Shown in pieces: positions 50,790 to 64,000 of a stretch of 64,000 nt of DNA (position 1 is its first letter; every line of letters begins with the position of its first letter). The position numbers and the translations under genes are program-made. The notes beneath the pieces are model-generated. The model was not told the origin of the DNA. It was given only the letters and a program-made list of their open reading frames with translations, and did no database searches. The stretch is from Octopus vulgaris (taxonomy: Eukaryota), in NCBI GenBank assembly GCA_951406725.2, contig OX597815.1, positions 62,248,001 through 62,312,000 on the forward strand, read 5' to 3'.

Positions 50790-53665
50790 ACAACAACAAT
50801 TGTAGCAATGTTGAGAGAACAAACCCCCAAGGTAGTACAACGACATATACAAACACCAGTCTAGTGCCAGCAAGTTTTCTTTTTAAAGAATTAACTTCTC
50901 TGAGGGAGAAATCAACAAAGTTAGTCGAACAAGATGGACTGTCAAACTCAACACTCCGACCAATACCAACCAAAATACTGTACTATTGGAATAAAGTCGA
51001 GAAGGATGGAAAGAGTCACTGAGGCTAAATCCAAAAGGCATTAGGTTCCGTTTGGAAACTAAAAGAAGGGGTTTTGGAACGGTGGAAATGAGACTTGAAA
51101 TAGAGGAGAAGGTAAAAGCTCACCCTCCAAAACTCCTGAAAAGTGAGGATATCTAGTTGGTTCCTTACTACTGCAGCCAGGGATTAGTAAGCATCCGCTT
51201 CCAGCAGGTGCCGTCATTGATAACTATTCCTTGACTAACTGATGCGATCACGGTAGCCACCGAAGAAAACACAAAAATCCTCGAAGTTTGCCTGACTGAA
51301 AAAGAAAACTGTTCGGTAATGGGGATAAGGCTCCTCATCCAAACCGTGAAAAACATTGTGAATGCTATTGCAGATGAAATACATCTCTCAGGCGGCATAA
51401 TTATACACATTAGAGTTGAAGGAAGGAAAGCGAAGTATCACATTTGGCTTTCGACCACTCACTAAAAAACCTTGTGTCCTACATTAAAAGAGAGAAAGAA
51501 AAAATCCTCTGCTCTCCCAGAACCAAGGCATCCTCCAACAACAGTCACCAAAGCCCCAAAATTAACAACAGCATCATCAGCAATAACACGAACTGCAACA
51601 TCAACAGAAACGACCAAAGTTCCAACAACAACAGTTACTGCAACAGATCTAGCAACACCATACTAGCAAGACATGAACGGTCAGACATGACATACAGTGA
51701 GTTTGATCAAGATGAGAAGTAGACGATAATAACTAAAAGGAGACGAAAAGAAAAACAAATCAACAAAATACAACGAACAAACCTCATCCAAATAAAAAGT
51801 GTAGAGGGAAAAAAATAAAAGCTGTAAGGCAAAAAGCACATGAAACAAATACATTACTACCACTGCCATAAGTATCTGAAACACTAGCACAACGACCAAC
51901 ACTACAAAGGTAACTCAACCAAAATACACAACAACAGCAACAAAAGCAAAAACAAAGTAAAGACAGTATGATTGCAAACTACTTGGTAATAAACTCTAAA
52001 AAATGCAAACTTCATTAAATATATAAAAACTAACATCACACAAACAGATTTTATAATCCCCACAAACTCCATACCTACATGTACAAATCTTTCAAACAAC
52101 ACAAGACACATACATCTAAAAACTAAATTCTCAAAGAGAATCGGTGAATTCAGAGAGAACATCACCAAACGAATACTTTGGTGATCTGTTGGTGGAAACA
52201 CCCCAATCAAACCGGAGGGACTGACAAACAAACCTCCCAACAAAATCATGTAAGTATTCCTTCTCACTTTTCACCTTGTCCTAATAACGTGGCCGTATTG
52301 AGAATAAGCGGTGTGCACGTGACCTGAGGTTGCCTTGGAAACAGTATGACCCGCTCAACAATCTCAGTTGAGTAAACAGAAATGTGGTGGTCATCAGTGA
52401 GACCAGGGGGCAGAGCCGCCGTGTTGGTTCGGAAGAACTTGAAACTCGTGATTTGGACCATCTTCTGGATCCGAAAGATAAGTCGATAGTGCTGGACATG
52501 ACCGGTAGCGGACATGATTTCAGTCTAGTTGCTGTCTATTCCCCGGCAGAGGCAGATGGACCTGATTTCTTCAGGGGTCTGGACAAGGAAATTCAAGTTT
52601 TTTAGTGTTAGTGAACGACTGGAATGGGATCTTATATGTTGGCTGGGACTGCTACGGCTTAGTAGATAAGGAAGGTGAGTGCAAAAACCTCGCGAACCAG
52701 CTCCGACGATATCAGATACATGGCAGGTATTGATTGTATTTCCTGAATGTGCCAGTGTGGACCTGGTTAAACTGCATCGGGTTGTATCTAGGGAGTATAT
52801 CCAGTTCGTGCCTAGATAGGATATTCTGTAGCGAAGCAGATAAAGACAGCATAGGATGTGCACAATTTAAAGTAGTCAACTACACAGTCCACAAACTTGT
52901 TATCTGTATAGTCAACTTTGATTGGCTCCATAGGTTCATGGAAACTGAAAGCGTCCTTCCTGGCAGCAAAGCTTACAGAGACTGGATTATTGAATTAGTT
53001 AAGCGGGCATTGGCAAGAGCATTTATGGGCTACAATTGCTGGTTCGCTCAGAAAAGGGTGATTAGAATAGAATCAATACGGTTTGGCAAAGGACCAGCTG
53101 TAGAAAGAAACATATTAGAGGCTGAGTTAGTCGGGAAGCTAAATGAGGCTTTTAGGAAAAGCATCGCAACCGACGCTCTCACAGCGAACACGAAGGGTGC
53201 GTTGTCAAAACTGAGGCGCGTGCTCGTAGACATGAAGCTGTTTAATGGGTCCGAGTGGCAGAGACACAGCGCAAAGCCACAATCTCATCTTTACCGGGCT
53301 AAGACGGGCACACGCTACTCGATCGCAAACAGATGTGTGCAGCTTTTCAACAGCACTTCGCTCAACTTTACGAGAGCAGTGATGAGCCGAGAGCAGTGAT
53401 GAGCGGAGGTGGAGTGTTGCAAACGGCTGATAACAACTGCTGAATTACGGGAAGCGATAGCTAACTACAGCAGGGGTAAATTGCCTGGTTTGGATGGTCT
53501 ACTCTACGAGACTTTTTCGGTTATCTCATAGCAAACGTTCACGGCAACTGGCAACGGAATGAGAGAATATCCCAGTTTTGTGAGCCGAGGTGTGGAGGTG
53601 CTGCTGAGAAAAGACTCTAACAAGGAAGACTTTATTGATAATTTTAGGCCCATAACTCAGCCGTG
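50790..53665 (+). mobile_element. Decayed L1/Tx1-like LINE (ORF1 region, APE endonuclease, start of RT)
   Basis: VVISETR, LVAVYSP, DWNGIL, WTW..SCLDRIF and VHKLV (APE). GKLPGLDGL and LLRKD..DNFRPIT (start of RT). Confidence 0.8.
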
Positions 53666-54546
53666 ACCATCTTGCCTTTTAGGTGTGCATAGGATAATAT
53701 ATTTCCAGTTATACATACATCTGTGGTGTATTTTGACGTAGACTTAACTGTTATATTTGGCATGTCAAACAACAACATAGAGACCTTTCACTGTCAGGGT
53801 TATTTAGCCCCACGTCAATCTTGTTCTAAGAGACTTATAATTGAAAGCATTCCAGCTGTGATCATCCCGCCATTTTTGATGTTCACGGAACTTGGCACTA
53901 CATAATTCGAGGTGTCCTCTTTCTAAGGAAGTAAGATATAATTTGAGGGGGAGAATATGCTGCTATTTCTTGCAAATCATAGAACACGTAAAGGTTCTCG
54001 TCATAGTTGTTGTTGGTATTGCTCTTGTTGCAGCTGTTGTCGCACACCGTGATGACATAGTCACTATTTAAAAAAAAATACTATTGTTGTTGTCGTTGGT
54101 GGTGATGTTGCTATTAATGTGTCCTTCAGTTCTGATGCCCTATTGTTGATTCTACCATTGTTGCTGCTACTCCTGCTACTACCGCAGCTGTTGCTGCTGT
54201 TGTTCCTCCTGATACTTCAGCTAATGTCAACGTTGTATTGTTGTTGCTGTTGCAGTTATTGCGTTGTTCTTGCGAATATATTTTTATGAATGCAACAAGT
54301 GTTGTTAATGTTGTTGTTGTTGTTGGTGGTGGTGTTGTTTTTGTTGCTTCTGCTGCTGTCGTTGCTAGTGGTGCCACTGCCAAGTATTTTCTGACTTGTT
54401 CTCACCGCTACGACACTTCTAAACATTTTACTCTGTGAATGACGTCAAACTACAAATAAGCAACAAAACATCACCGACTGATCCAAACAAGTTCACTCTA
54501 CCCTACACCACCAATAAACCTTCATATTCATCTTTCTCATCCTCAT

Positions 54547-54547
<1 letters not shown>

Positions 54548-54580
<33 letters not shown>

Positions 54581-54639
54581 CTACAACTACTACCACCACC
54601 ACCACCACCACCACCACCACCACCACCACCACCACCACC

Positions 54640-54688
<49 letters not shown>
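54548..54688. repeat. Compound (AAC)n-(CAC)n-(TAC)n repeat
   Basis: Direct reading. Confidence 0.95.
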
Positions 54689-54904
54689 AAGCCACTGCTG
54701 CTATTACTATCATGGCTTATGCTGCTACTATTATTATTACTATCTACGATGTATTAGCAGCAGTAGCAGCAGTAGCAGCAGTAGTAGTAGTAGTAGTAGT
54801 AGTAGTAGTTGTGGCACCAGTAGGAGCAGTATGTCTATGTTGGTATATGTGCATGCATGTATATTTTGTGTGCGTGCGTATGTGTATGTGTATGTGTGTG
54901 TGTG

Positions 54905-54986
<82 letters not shown>

Positions 54987-55870
54987 GAGACAGGGAGAGA
55001 CAGAAAGAGAAAGAGAGTGATTGATAGATCGATAAACAGAGAGAGAGGGGGAGATAGATAGTCAGATTTGCGAGTACAAAGGTGCAAAATAAGGAGGTAA
55101 AAATAGTACTCGAATACCAAAGGCTGAGTAAAATGGTAAAATGGTGTTAAAGCTGAAAAGGAGAGTCAGGAGTATGTAAAACAATGTATTATTCTAAATA
55201 ATCACAAGGGTTATGGTGTTATTGTCGAATCAAATGATCTGTTTACAATTCTTGCAACAGACTGGACTAAGGTCAGGGATCTCAATCATCAAGTGGTGGA
55301 ATTTAATCAGCTGACGCAGCAGGTTTACATTCTCCAAAAGAAGTACCATCAATCCAATACGCTTTCGCGCAGTTTTGTTCTCACTCACAGGTTTTGATGT
55401 GACTCAAGAATAGGGTAGACGACATCTTCCGAAGTTACTGTAGAACTGGATATAACCAGCGGCCACAAGATTACAAAGCGACCTTGTCAAATACCCAGCC
55501 GTTTCCACTTTCATGATACAACAACAATGAAAATGTGTATGCTATAGGAGCATATTAGCTTTATGATCTTTCGTGAGATTTTAGTGGCATTTCATTTTGT
55601 TTTGTTGTTTCTATGATGATGGCGAATACACGCCAGAAAGAATTAAAGAAGGAAAACTAATAAAGAAGTAAAGAAATGAGGGAAAATGTTTTAAGAAAAA
55701 TCCAAAGTTGTTTAAGATTTAAAAGCAAATAATTTTGAGATGTGAGAAAACGAGTAAAAAAAAAATAAAGGAAATAATTTATTTTTCGCTATGAAATTGA
55801 AAAAGTCTAGAAAAAATTTTAGAACATAAATATTATTTCAGAAAATCTAAAAAAAATTTAAATGCATACA

Positions 55871-55921
<51 letters not shown>

Positions 55922-56022
55922 CAGATATATACATATATATATGTGTGTGTGTGTGTATACACATATATATACATATCTATCTATTTATCTATCCATATAT
56001 ATATATATATGTATACGTATGT

Positions 56023-56086
<64 letters not shown>

Positions 56087-56580
56087 AACCACAGAATTTC
56101 TTAAGAGAAGATTGGTTTGAGAGTGACCTCCCTCGAGGAGGCCAGATTCTACAATGATAAATATAGGGTGTGAAGATTTTCAAAAATTTTCGTATTCCTA
56201 CCAGAACCATGGGAGTGATGGAAAACGTTATCTCGAAACCACCGTTTTTATGAAATATCTCTTACATGACTTCTTGAAAAGTAATGGGATAAGCGTTTCT
56301 TGGTAGCTTTTAAATAAATCTTTAAATATATTCAGACAACCGATGATTTAAAAAGCAACAGTTTCAGGTTATCAGCTGAAAGTCAGGCGACATGATATTT
56401 GGAGAACTGATATTTTTGGAGTCATTTAATTAAAATTTATTAAAGAGCACTCATTAATTTATGAATTCTTGGCCAATTAACACAAAGTATGTGTATGCGT
56501 GCGTGCGTGCGTGCATGTGTGTATGTATGTATAAAGTGTAAATACAATACCCATTAAAATGAAATGCAAAGAGAAAGTGT

Positions 56581-56618
56581 TATCACGTTTCGAACGTTAG
56601 TACTTCATCATAAGAAAA
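56581..56618 (-). ncRNA. Decayed hammerhead motif (same family as 15918-15957)
   Basis: Minus strand: ATGATGA A GTAC-TAAC-GTTC GAAA CGT G. C3 and H17 are mutated. Confidence 0.35.
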
Positions 56619-57365
56619 AGAAAGCATAGTGTGAGTGAGAAAGAAAAATAGTCATTGAGAAACCGGAGTTAAGAGTCAGAAACCAAATGAGAATGCTGTT
56701 CTAAGAAGCTAATTAAGAAGGGTGAAGAGAGGCGAGTGTTTAGATGTAAGTTTGCTGGGTTGTGTGAAAATATGTATATGTGAGATTGTGTGGGAATAAA
56801 TGAATTGATGATACCTCCTTGGATGGTAAGAGCAGCGACGGAACTTCATTGACATGAAGTTGTCCTTTTTGTTCTATACATTTATGAATCCATGATTGAT
56901 GGCAGCAGGTTGCAATCGCCACTTACATTCCATCGTTTATTATTCTTTCAAAACACACGCTAGGAAATCGCGAGAATAGAGAGGTTGTTTAGGAAAAGGA
57001 TTGAATGGAAATTTAAGGAAGAGAGGAAGGAGGGAAGAAGGAAGGAAGGAAGGAAGGAAAAACAGAATGAAAGATGTTCTAAATCAGCAGAAACCCAAAC
57101 TTTCGAAAATTTAGGAAATTCTGTTATAATGGATGACACAAACCAAATGATATTTATAGCAGCCATTTTTTTAAAATATCTAACATGCAAGCAGTTCTCC
57201 ATAATTAGATAACAGTATTAATGGCATTAATAAAATAAATGAACATATAGTTTCTTATTCTGGAATTTATATTTTTTCCAAGGATATTCAAAGTATTAAA
57301 AAACTTGAAATATTAAAAAAATTGCAGCTAGAGCAAACAAGTTATTTTACTTCAAATAACAACAA

Positions 57366-57469
<104 letters not shown>

Positions 57470-57505
57470 ATGGTGGTAGTAGTAGTAATATTATAATAAT
57501 TATTG

Positions 57506-57536
<31 letters not shown>

Positions 57537-57721
57537 TAATAATAAAATATGTGATAATATTAAGACTTACGATCTATCATTCAAAATATTAATGGGAGTT
57601 ATAACTAGATATACCATGTGATTTATCACACGGAGACATAAAGATGTAGTTTATTACTAAAACTGCATAATTAGTAGAAAGAGAAAAACCAAGGAATGAC
57701 AAAATTATCTTTTAAAATATC

Positions 57722-57787
<66 letters not shown>

Positions 57788-58114
57788 ATGTATGTATGTA
57801 TATATAATATGGCAGTTGATTGTGAAACAAAGTAAAGAGTTGGACAAAAAGGTTATGAGCTATTTGGTTCATTATCTTCTGGGTTGAAATCCTTCCTGGC
57901 CAATTTTATCCTCACCGTCCGTTGGAGTTGATAAATTTGGTATGCGTAAATTGTATGTATGTATGTATGTATGTATGTATGTATGTATGTATGTATGTAT
58001 GTATGTATGTATGTATGTATGTATGTATGTATGTATGTATGTATGTATGTATGTATGTATGTATCCGAGTATGTATGTATGTACCTATCTCTCTCTCTCT
58101 ATATATATATATGT

Positions 58115-58209
<95 letters not shown>

Positions 58210-58564
58210 TAGTTCACAGGTGATTTAAACGATTAGGTATGCTAAGTGAGTGCTGTAACGGATTACTAAAGCTACAAGGTTGTAGTCGAGACCGTAGTTA
58301 TGGAGCCATTGCAGATTTCCCGTTAGCGGATATATAACTATTAAAGAGAACAACAAACGTTTTGGCAAGGCAATAATCTCAAGTCATATACAATATTATT
58401 ATTGGAAAACATTTCAAAGTCTTACAGCTGTTTCTGGGATATCTAGGGAAAATGAGAAGGGTATAGATTAATGAAATGACGACAAAAAGGACAGAAGTAA
58501 AGGAGTAAGGAGATGAAGAGAGAGAAAAAAAGAAGTATAAGAGTTCACAGTTCAACTTTCCGAT

Positions 58565-59385
58565 GTTGTAGAAATAAGTCCATGGATCTACGCAGGATTG
58601 CACGGTGCAATCCTTCGTAGATCCATTTGGGTTAAAGTCCTGATATTGTAAATATCCTCCCAAATAAGACGCGATCAACGTTCTATAACGAAAAGGAAGT
58701 GGTAAACGGAAAGAAAAGTAAATACATAGAAAGAGACGTAGATAGAGTAAGTGGGGAAGTTAACGATTGGCTTTAGGATAAAGTATGGTATATAAGCACA
58801 TAGTGTCTAAGAATGTATTGCACGGAGATAGCTGAGAAGATAAGAGAGAGGATGAGGAAGTAGGGGAAGATAACGTAAAAAAAAATAAAGCAAAACGAAA
58901 GGAAGTTAAAGAGATTAGTATGTACCAGTGGTATTCTTCTAGTCTATAGGAGTTGGGAAGGAAATCTAGTAGTAAATATTGTGTCCGTTCTGGCTAAGGT
59001 CAGTGGTTGCAGAGTTATTTTTAGCAATGGTGTTATAGGTTTAACATTCAACTAGTTCCGCTATTCTCGAATACCTGCACACCCATAAAAGAAGACCACT
59101 GGCAACTACTACTCTCTTTAAATTTCTTTCATTTTGCTGTATTTTGTTTATTTTTTTACGTTATCTTCCTCTACTTCCTCATCCTCTCTCTTATCTTCTC
59201 GGCTATCTTCTCACAATACATTCTTAGACACTGTGTGCTAATATACCATACTTTATCCTAAAGCCAATCGTTAACTTCCCCACCCACTCTATCTACGTCT
59301 CTTTCTATGTATTTACCTTTATTTCCCCTTACCACTTAATAGCCACCGTGCAATCCTGCGTAGATCCATGGACATATTTCTATAA
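58565..59385. repeat. Long imperfect inverted repeat
   Basis: 58698-58915 is the reverse complement of 59112-59337. 58567-58607 (GTCCATGGATCTACGCAGGATTGCACGGTG) is inverted at 59344-59383. Confidence 0.9.
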
Positions 59386-59887
59386 ATAGAAGGATGATGT
59401 GAAAGTGCATGTGAGGAGGAGTTTGAGAGAAGGTAATTTACAATTGATGTAACAATTGGCTACTTTACAAAATCGGGAGAATATTATTCAAGCAGATTGT
59501 ATATCAAGGGCACTGTATTATTATAGAAGAACGTAAGCATCAAGATCAGGTAGTAGTGGCCCAGACGATCAACAAATGTTGCTCAGCAAATCATTACCTC
59601 AAATCAATTGGCTCGCCTTCAGCCGATTTCTTTTTTTCGGCCGAGCTAGCTGGGCCGTTTGCAAATCAGACAAAATGTTTAGTGGCATTTTCCCGTCTTT
59701 TTACGTTGTGGGTTCAAATCCAGTTGACTTCGCGTAGGTAAAATAAAGAGCCAGTCCTCTCTTCTGAAATTTGTGGTCATGAATTCTGCAACAGACCGAC
59801 GCCCCGTTTTAGAGGACTGTTGTGGTCACAGTCATTTATGCGTCATAAAATATGAGTGACTGGCCTCAAGAAAATATTTTTAATATG

Positions 59888-60016
<129 letters not shown>

Positions 60017-60556
60017 ATTTTGTGGGTTACATTCTTGAGTGCGATGCAATTGAAGTGGTCAGACAAGGCGATATGCTCTATCTGATAATGTTCAGGATGA
60101 AGAGTTAGACACTTTAAAGGATACGCGATCAGACAAATGATTCAGGCTGGAAGTCGTGAGAAGTGTAGACCTGAGAGATGACCTGAAGAAAGAAGAGGAA
60201 TCTGTTAAAGCGAATACATTGTTGGTAGAAAATTCTAATGAAGGTTTCTGGCAAAAATGCGGTTAAATATGTTCTTATATGTGTGTATGTGTGTGTAAAT
60301 GTATGTATATATATGCATCTGTCTGTCTGTCTGTCTGTCTATCTGTCTGTCTCTCTATCTATTTATATATAATACACATACATATAAAGACACGTATATA
60401 TTTATATATAAATATATATACACATATATGTACACATGTTCATACATACCTTCATACACACTCACACACAAATATATATACATATACATACATATATATA
60501 TACACACATACATACATGCATGTATACATACATACATACATAAATACATACAGACA

Positions 60557-60590
<34 letters not shown>

Positions 60591-61016
60591 CATACATATA
60601 TACATACATACATGCATACACATATACAACTGTATATATTTTAAGCTACAATTTGATCCGAATTATTTCCGTGTGTTTGAATCGATTTTACCGTGTGAGC
60701 CGTGAAAATAGCTCTTAAGCTATCGTTGTCATATTTACATAGGGCTTCCATACACATACAGAGATGCACGCACACATAAATATATATGTACACTCACATA
60801 CATATCAATACACACGCACATGTTCATACACATACACACAAACCATATATACACGTGTGTACCTGAATGTGTAGTAATATATATCTATATAAAAATATGC
60901 ATGCGCATATACCGAATTCAATTAAGTACATGTATATATATATATGTGTATATATTTATATTTATGTATATGTATATATATATATATATGTACGTATGTA
61001 TATACATATATATATG

Positions 61017-61061
<45 letters not shown>

Positions 61062-61327
61062 TCGATACTCAAACATATATAGGCGTCATATATGTATCAG
61101 TTGGTGCGTGCCTGTGGAATATATGTTTAAAAAAAATTATATATGTAAAAATATTCATGATTAGGTTTGTGTAAGAATACGTGTGTGCTTGTGTTTGTGT
61201 CTGTATGCGTGTGCGTGCGAGAGTGTGTGTGCGCGTGTGTGTGTGCGCGCCTTCAAACATACACACACATATGAATATGCACATCTGCATTTGATAATAC
61301 TTACTCACTGATATATACACATATATG

Positions 61328-61364
<37 letters not shown>

Positions 61365-61949
61365 CATTCACACACATATAAATGCATATATATACGCATA
61401 TACATATATATACATATGTATATATATACATATATATATATATGTATATATATAGAGAGAGATACATATACGTTCGTATCTATGTCTATATCTGTCTCTA
61501 CATATATACATCCATATGTATATATATATATATATATAATATTATATTATATTATATTATATATACATATACATTTACACACGCACACACGCATACACAC
61601 GCACACACACGCACACACACACACACACACATCATATTGGATATATTTCAGTACTATAAAAAAGAAAAAAAATTGGAAAATATTGCAGCTAATGCCTCGG
61701 TCGATATTTCTATATTTCGCTCAAAATGGCTGACTCAAACAATAAAAATATGACGTAAATGTAGAAAAGACTTTTTTTTTATATAAAAAAATATATATAA
61801 ATAAAAGAAGTCAAAGCAAAAACATAAAAAAAGATGGTTGAATAAATATAACAGCATAAAAGAAAACTGTCGTAATAAAAAAAGTAATGAAATACAGCTG
61901 ATATGTATTATAATAAAAATAATAATAGTCATAAGTATGCCGATGTTGA

Positions 61950-62345
61950 TGGTAGTGATGCTAGTGGTGGCGATGATGATGACAATAATGACGATGATAA
62001 CAATGGTGATGAAGATGATGATGATGGCGATAATTATGGTGATGACGACGACGACAACGATGACGACGACGTGATGATGATGATGATGATGATGATGATG
62101 ACGATGATGATGATGATAATGATGATGGTGATGATAATGATGATAATGATGATGATGATGATGATGATGATGATAATGATGATGATGATGATGATGATGA
62201 TGGTGATGATGATGGTGATGATGATGGTGATGATGATGGTGATGATGATGATAATGATGATGATGATGATGATGATGATGGTGATGATGATGGTGATGAT
62301 GATGGTGATGATGATGGTGATGATGATGATAATGATGATGATTAT
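61950..62345. repeat. (GAT)n-type trinucleotide tract
   Basis: Direct reading. Confidence 0.95.
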
Positions 62346-62748
62346 AAACACATGAAGTAGCGTTAACATTTTTAGCAGACATGGCGGCAACGATAGAAAG
62401 AGCAGCGAATGTCACAAAACAATAGGAAATAATTTTAAATACGAAACAAAAATTAAAAGCAAAATTATAAAACAAAAAAAAAATCATACAAAAAATCTAC
62501 AATGACGGCGAGGATAACGAGAAAGGGGTGTAAGGTGATGGCGGCGGAGGATATCATAAGTCTGCCCGCCTCAGCTAACATCACCACCACCAACAACGCG
62601 CCGCCGCCGCCACCGCCTCAGCCCTAACAATAACAAAAACAGTAGGAAAAGACAATAGCAACATTGAGAACAAGAAGAAAAGCGAGATTACAATAGATAC
62701 AAAGCAGAGAATTAGTAACAAAACTTACGCATAGACATAGTTACGTAC

Positions 62749-62787
<39 letters not shown>

Positions 62788-63299
62788 ATACATAAATGTA
62801 TTCATTTATACAATATGAGTGTGTACGTGTGTGTATGTGTGTGTATAATATAATATATAATATATGCAATAATTATATCTAATAGTATGTATGTATTAAT
62901 GCATCTATGTGTGCGTGTACATATGTGTGTGTGAGAGTATATATATATATATATATATATATACATACATACATACATACATACATACATACACACAGGC
63001 GTATGTACGTACATAAATACATACATGCATGCATACATGCGTGTATACATACATACACACATACATACGTACATATATATGACGAACTAACTGTTACTTT
63101 CTCAGATGCAGCACGGATTTTTGTCAGTGAACAGGTCGCGGATTTTAGCGACGAAAATATTTTGACAAATTAAACTTAAATGTTGAAGTCAATCGAACAG
63201 CTTTTGTGTGTTTCTTAACTGGCTTACAAACACCTTCCACGCTGCAATTGTTTTCGTTCCAGCACACGATCTCAGATCAAATCCCTTGCTATGCGAGTA

Positions 63300-63411
<112 letters not shown>

Positions 63412-63815
63412 AGATAAGAAAATAGAGAAATACATCTAAATCAAATATCAATTACCAGATAATACTCAATCGCATACTTTATTAAACCACCATATAAGAG
63501 ACTGTGGGGTTACACATAAAAAATGACACTTTAAAAAATTAGTATGAAGTAATATAATGTACTATTGACTATGTATATTTGCATCTAGGTACTAATATGT
63601 GTATGTTTATTATCACAATATTAAGTTGAAAAACTGATACATTGAATGTGGAACATATATATGTTTACTAATTTATATTATTTATTTACATCATTATGTA
63701 TATGTATATTTTTATATGTATAGGTGTGTGAGTATATACACTCATATGTATATGCATATGTTGTATTATGGGTATGTACCCACACTCATGTGGGTATATA
63801 TGTAGACCGATTTAT

Positions 63816-63955
63816 ATTACATAATCTCCGAAGAGGCCTTAGGATATTTTTATAAATGTCTCATTTATATCTATATATTGACCTACCATAAAAGGCTAAT
63901 ATTGGTAAAATGAGACATACTTATCTACATGGCCGAAACAGCTGTAAGATGTAAT
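63816..63955 (+). ncRNA. Type-I hammerhead motif with ~90-nt stem II insertion (U4C change)
   Basis: ATTAC..ATCT CCGAAGA GGCC...ATGTCTCATTT/AAATGAGACAT...GGCC GAA ACAGCTGT A AGATGTAAT. Confidence 0.65.
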
Positions 63956-64000
63956 CTATACTTATATTTATATTTACTTATATTTATATTCTCTTTTTTA

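Noticed and set aside
56084-56490. Tc1-like MITE
   Set aside because: The termini match too weakly to call TIRs.

Overview
AT-rich eukaryotic non-coding DNA, dense in microsatellites, with no host protein-coding exon that I can support. The repeat families and extreme (AT)n/(AC)n/(ATT)n content look like an octopus (coleoid cephalopod) genome; this is an inference. The window is a graveyard of mobile elements: three mariner copies, Helitrons (one with Rep/PIF1 remnants), a Neptune-type Penelope-like element (PLE) with long inverted ends, a ~14 kb pile-up of R4/Dong-like non-LTR retrotransposons in (TTA)n tracts, an L1/Tx1-like LINE, tRNA-derived SINEs and a 5S-headed SINE. The most striking signal is invisible in the ORF track. 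About a dozen minimal type-I hammerhead ribozyme (HHR) motifs sit in several unrelated short non-coding repeat families with PLE-like inverted or direct ends. They show palindromic stem III, compensatory U3-A8 cores and a recurrent extra A after A9. One of them is a tRNA-headed SINE carrying an HHR. All folds were paired by eye and none has been tested.
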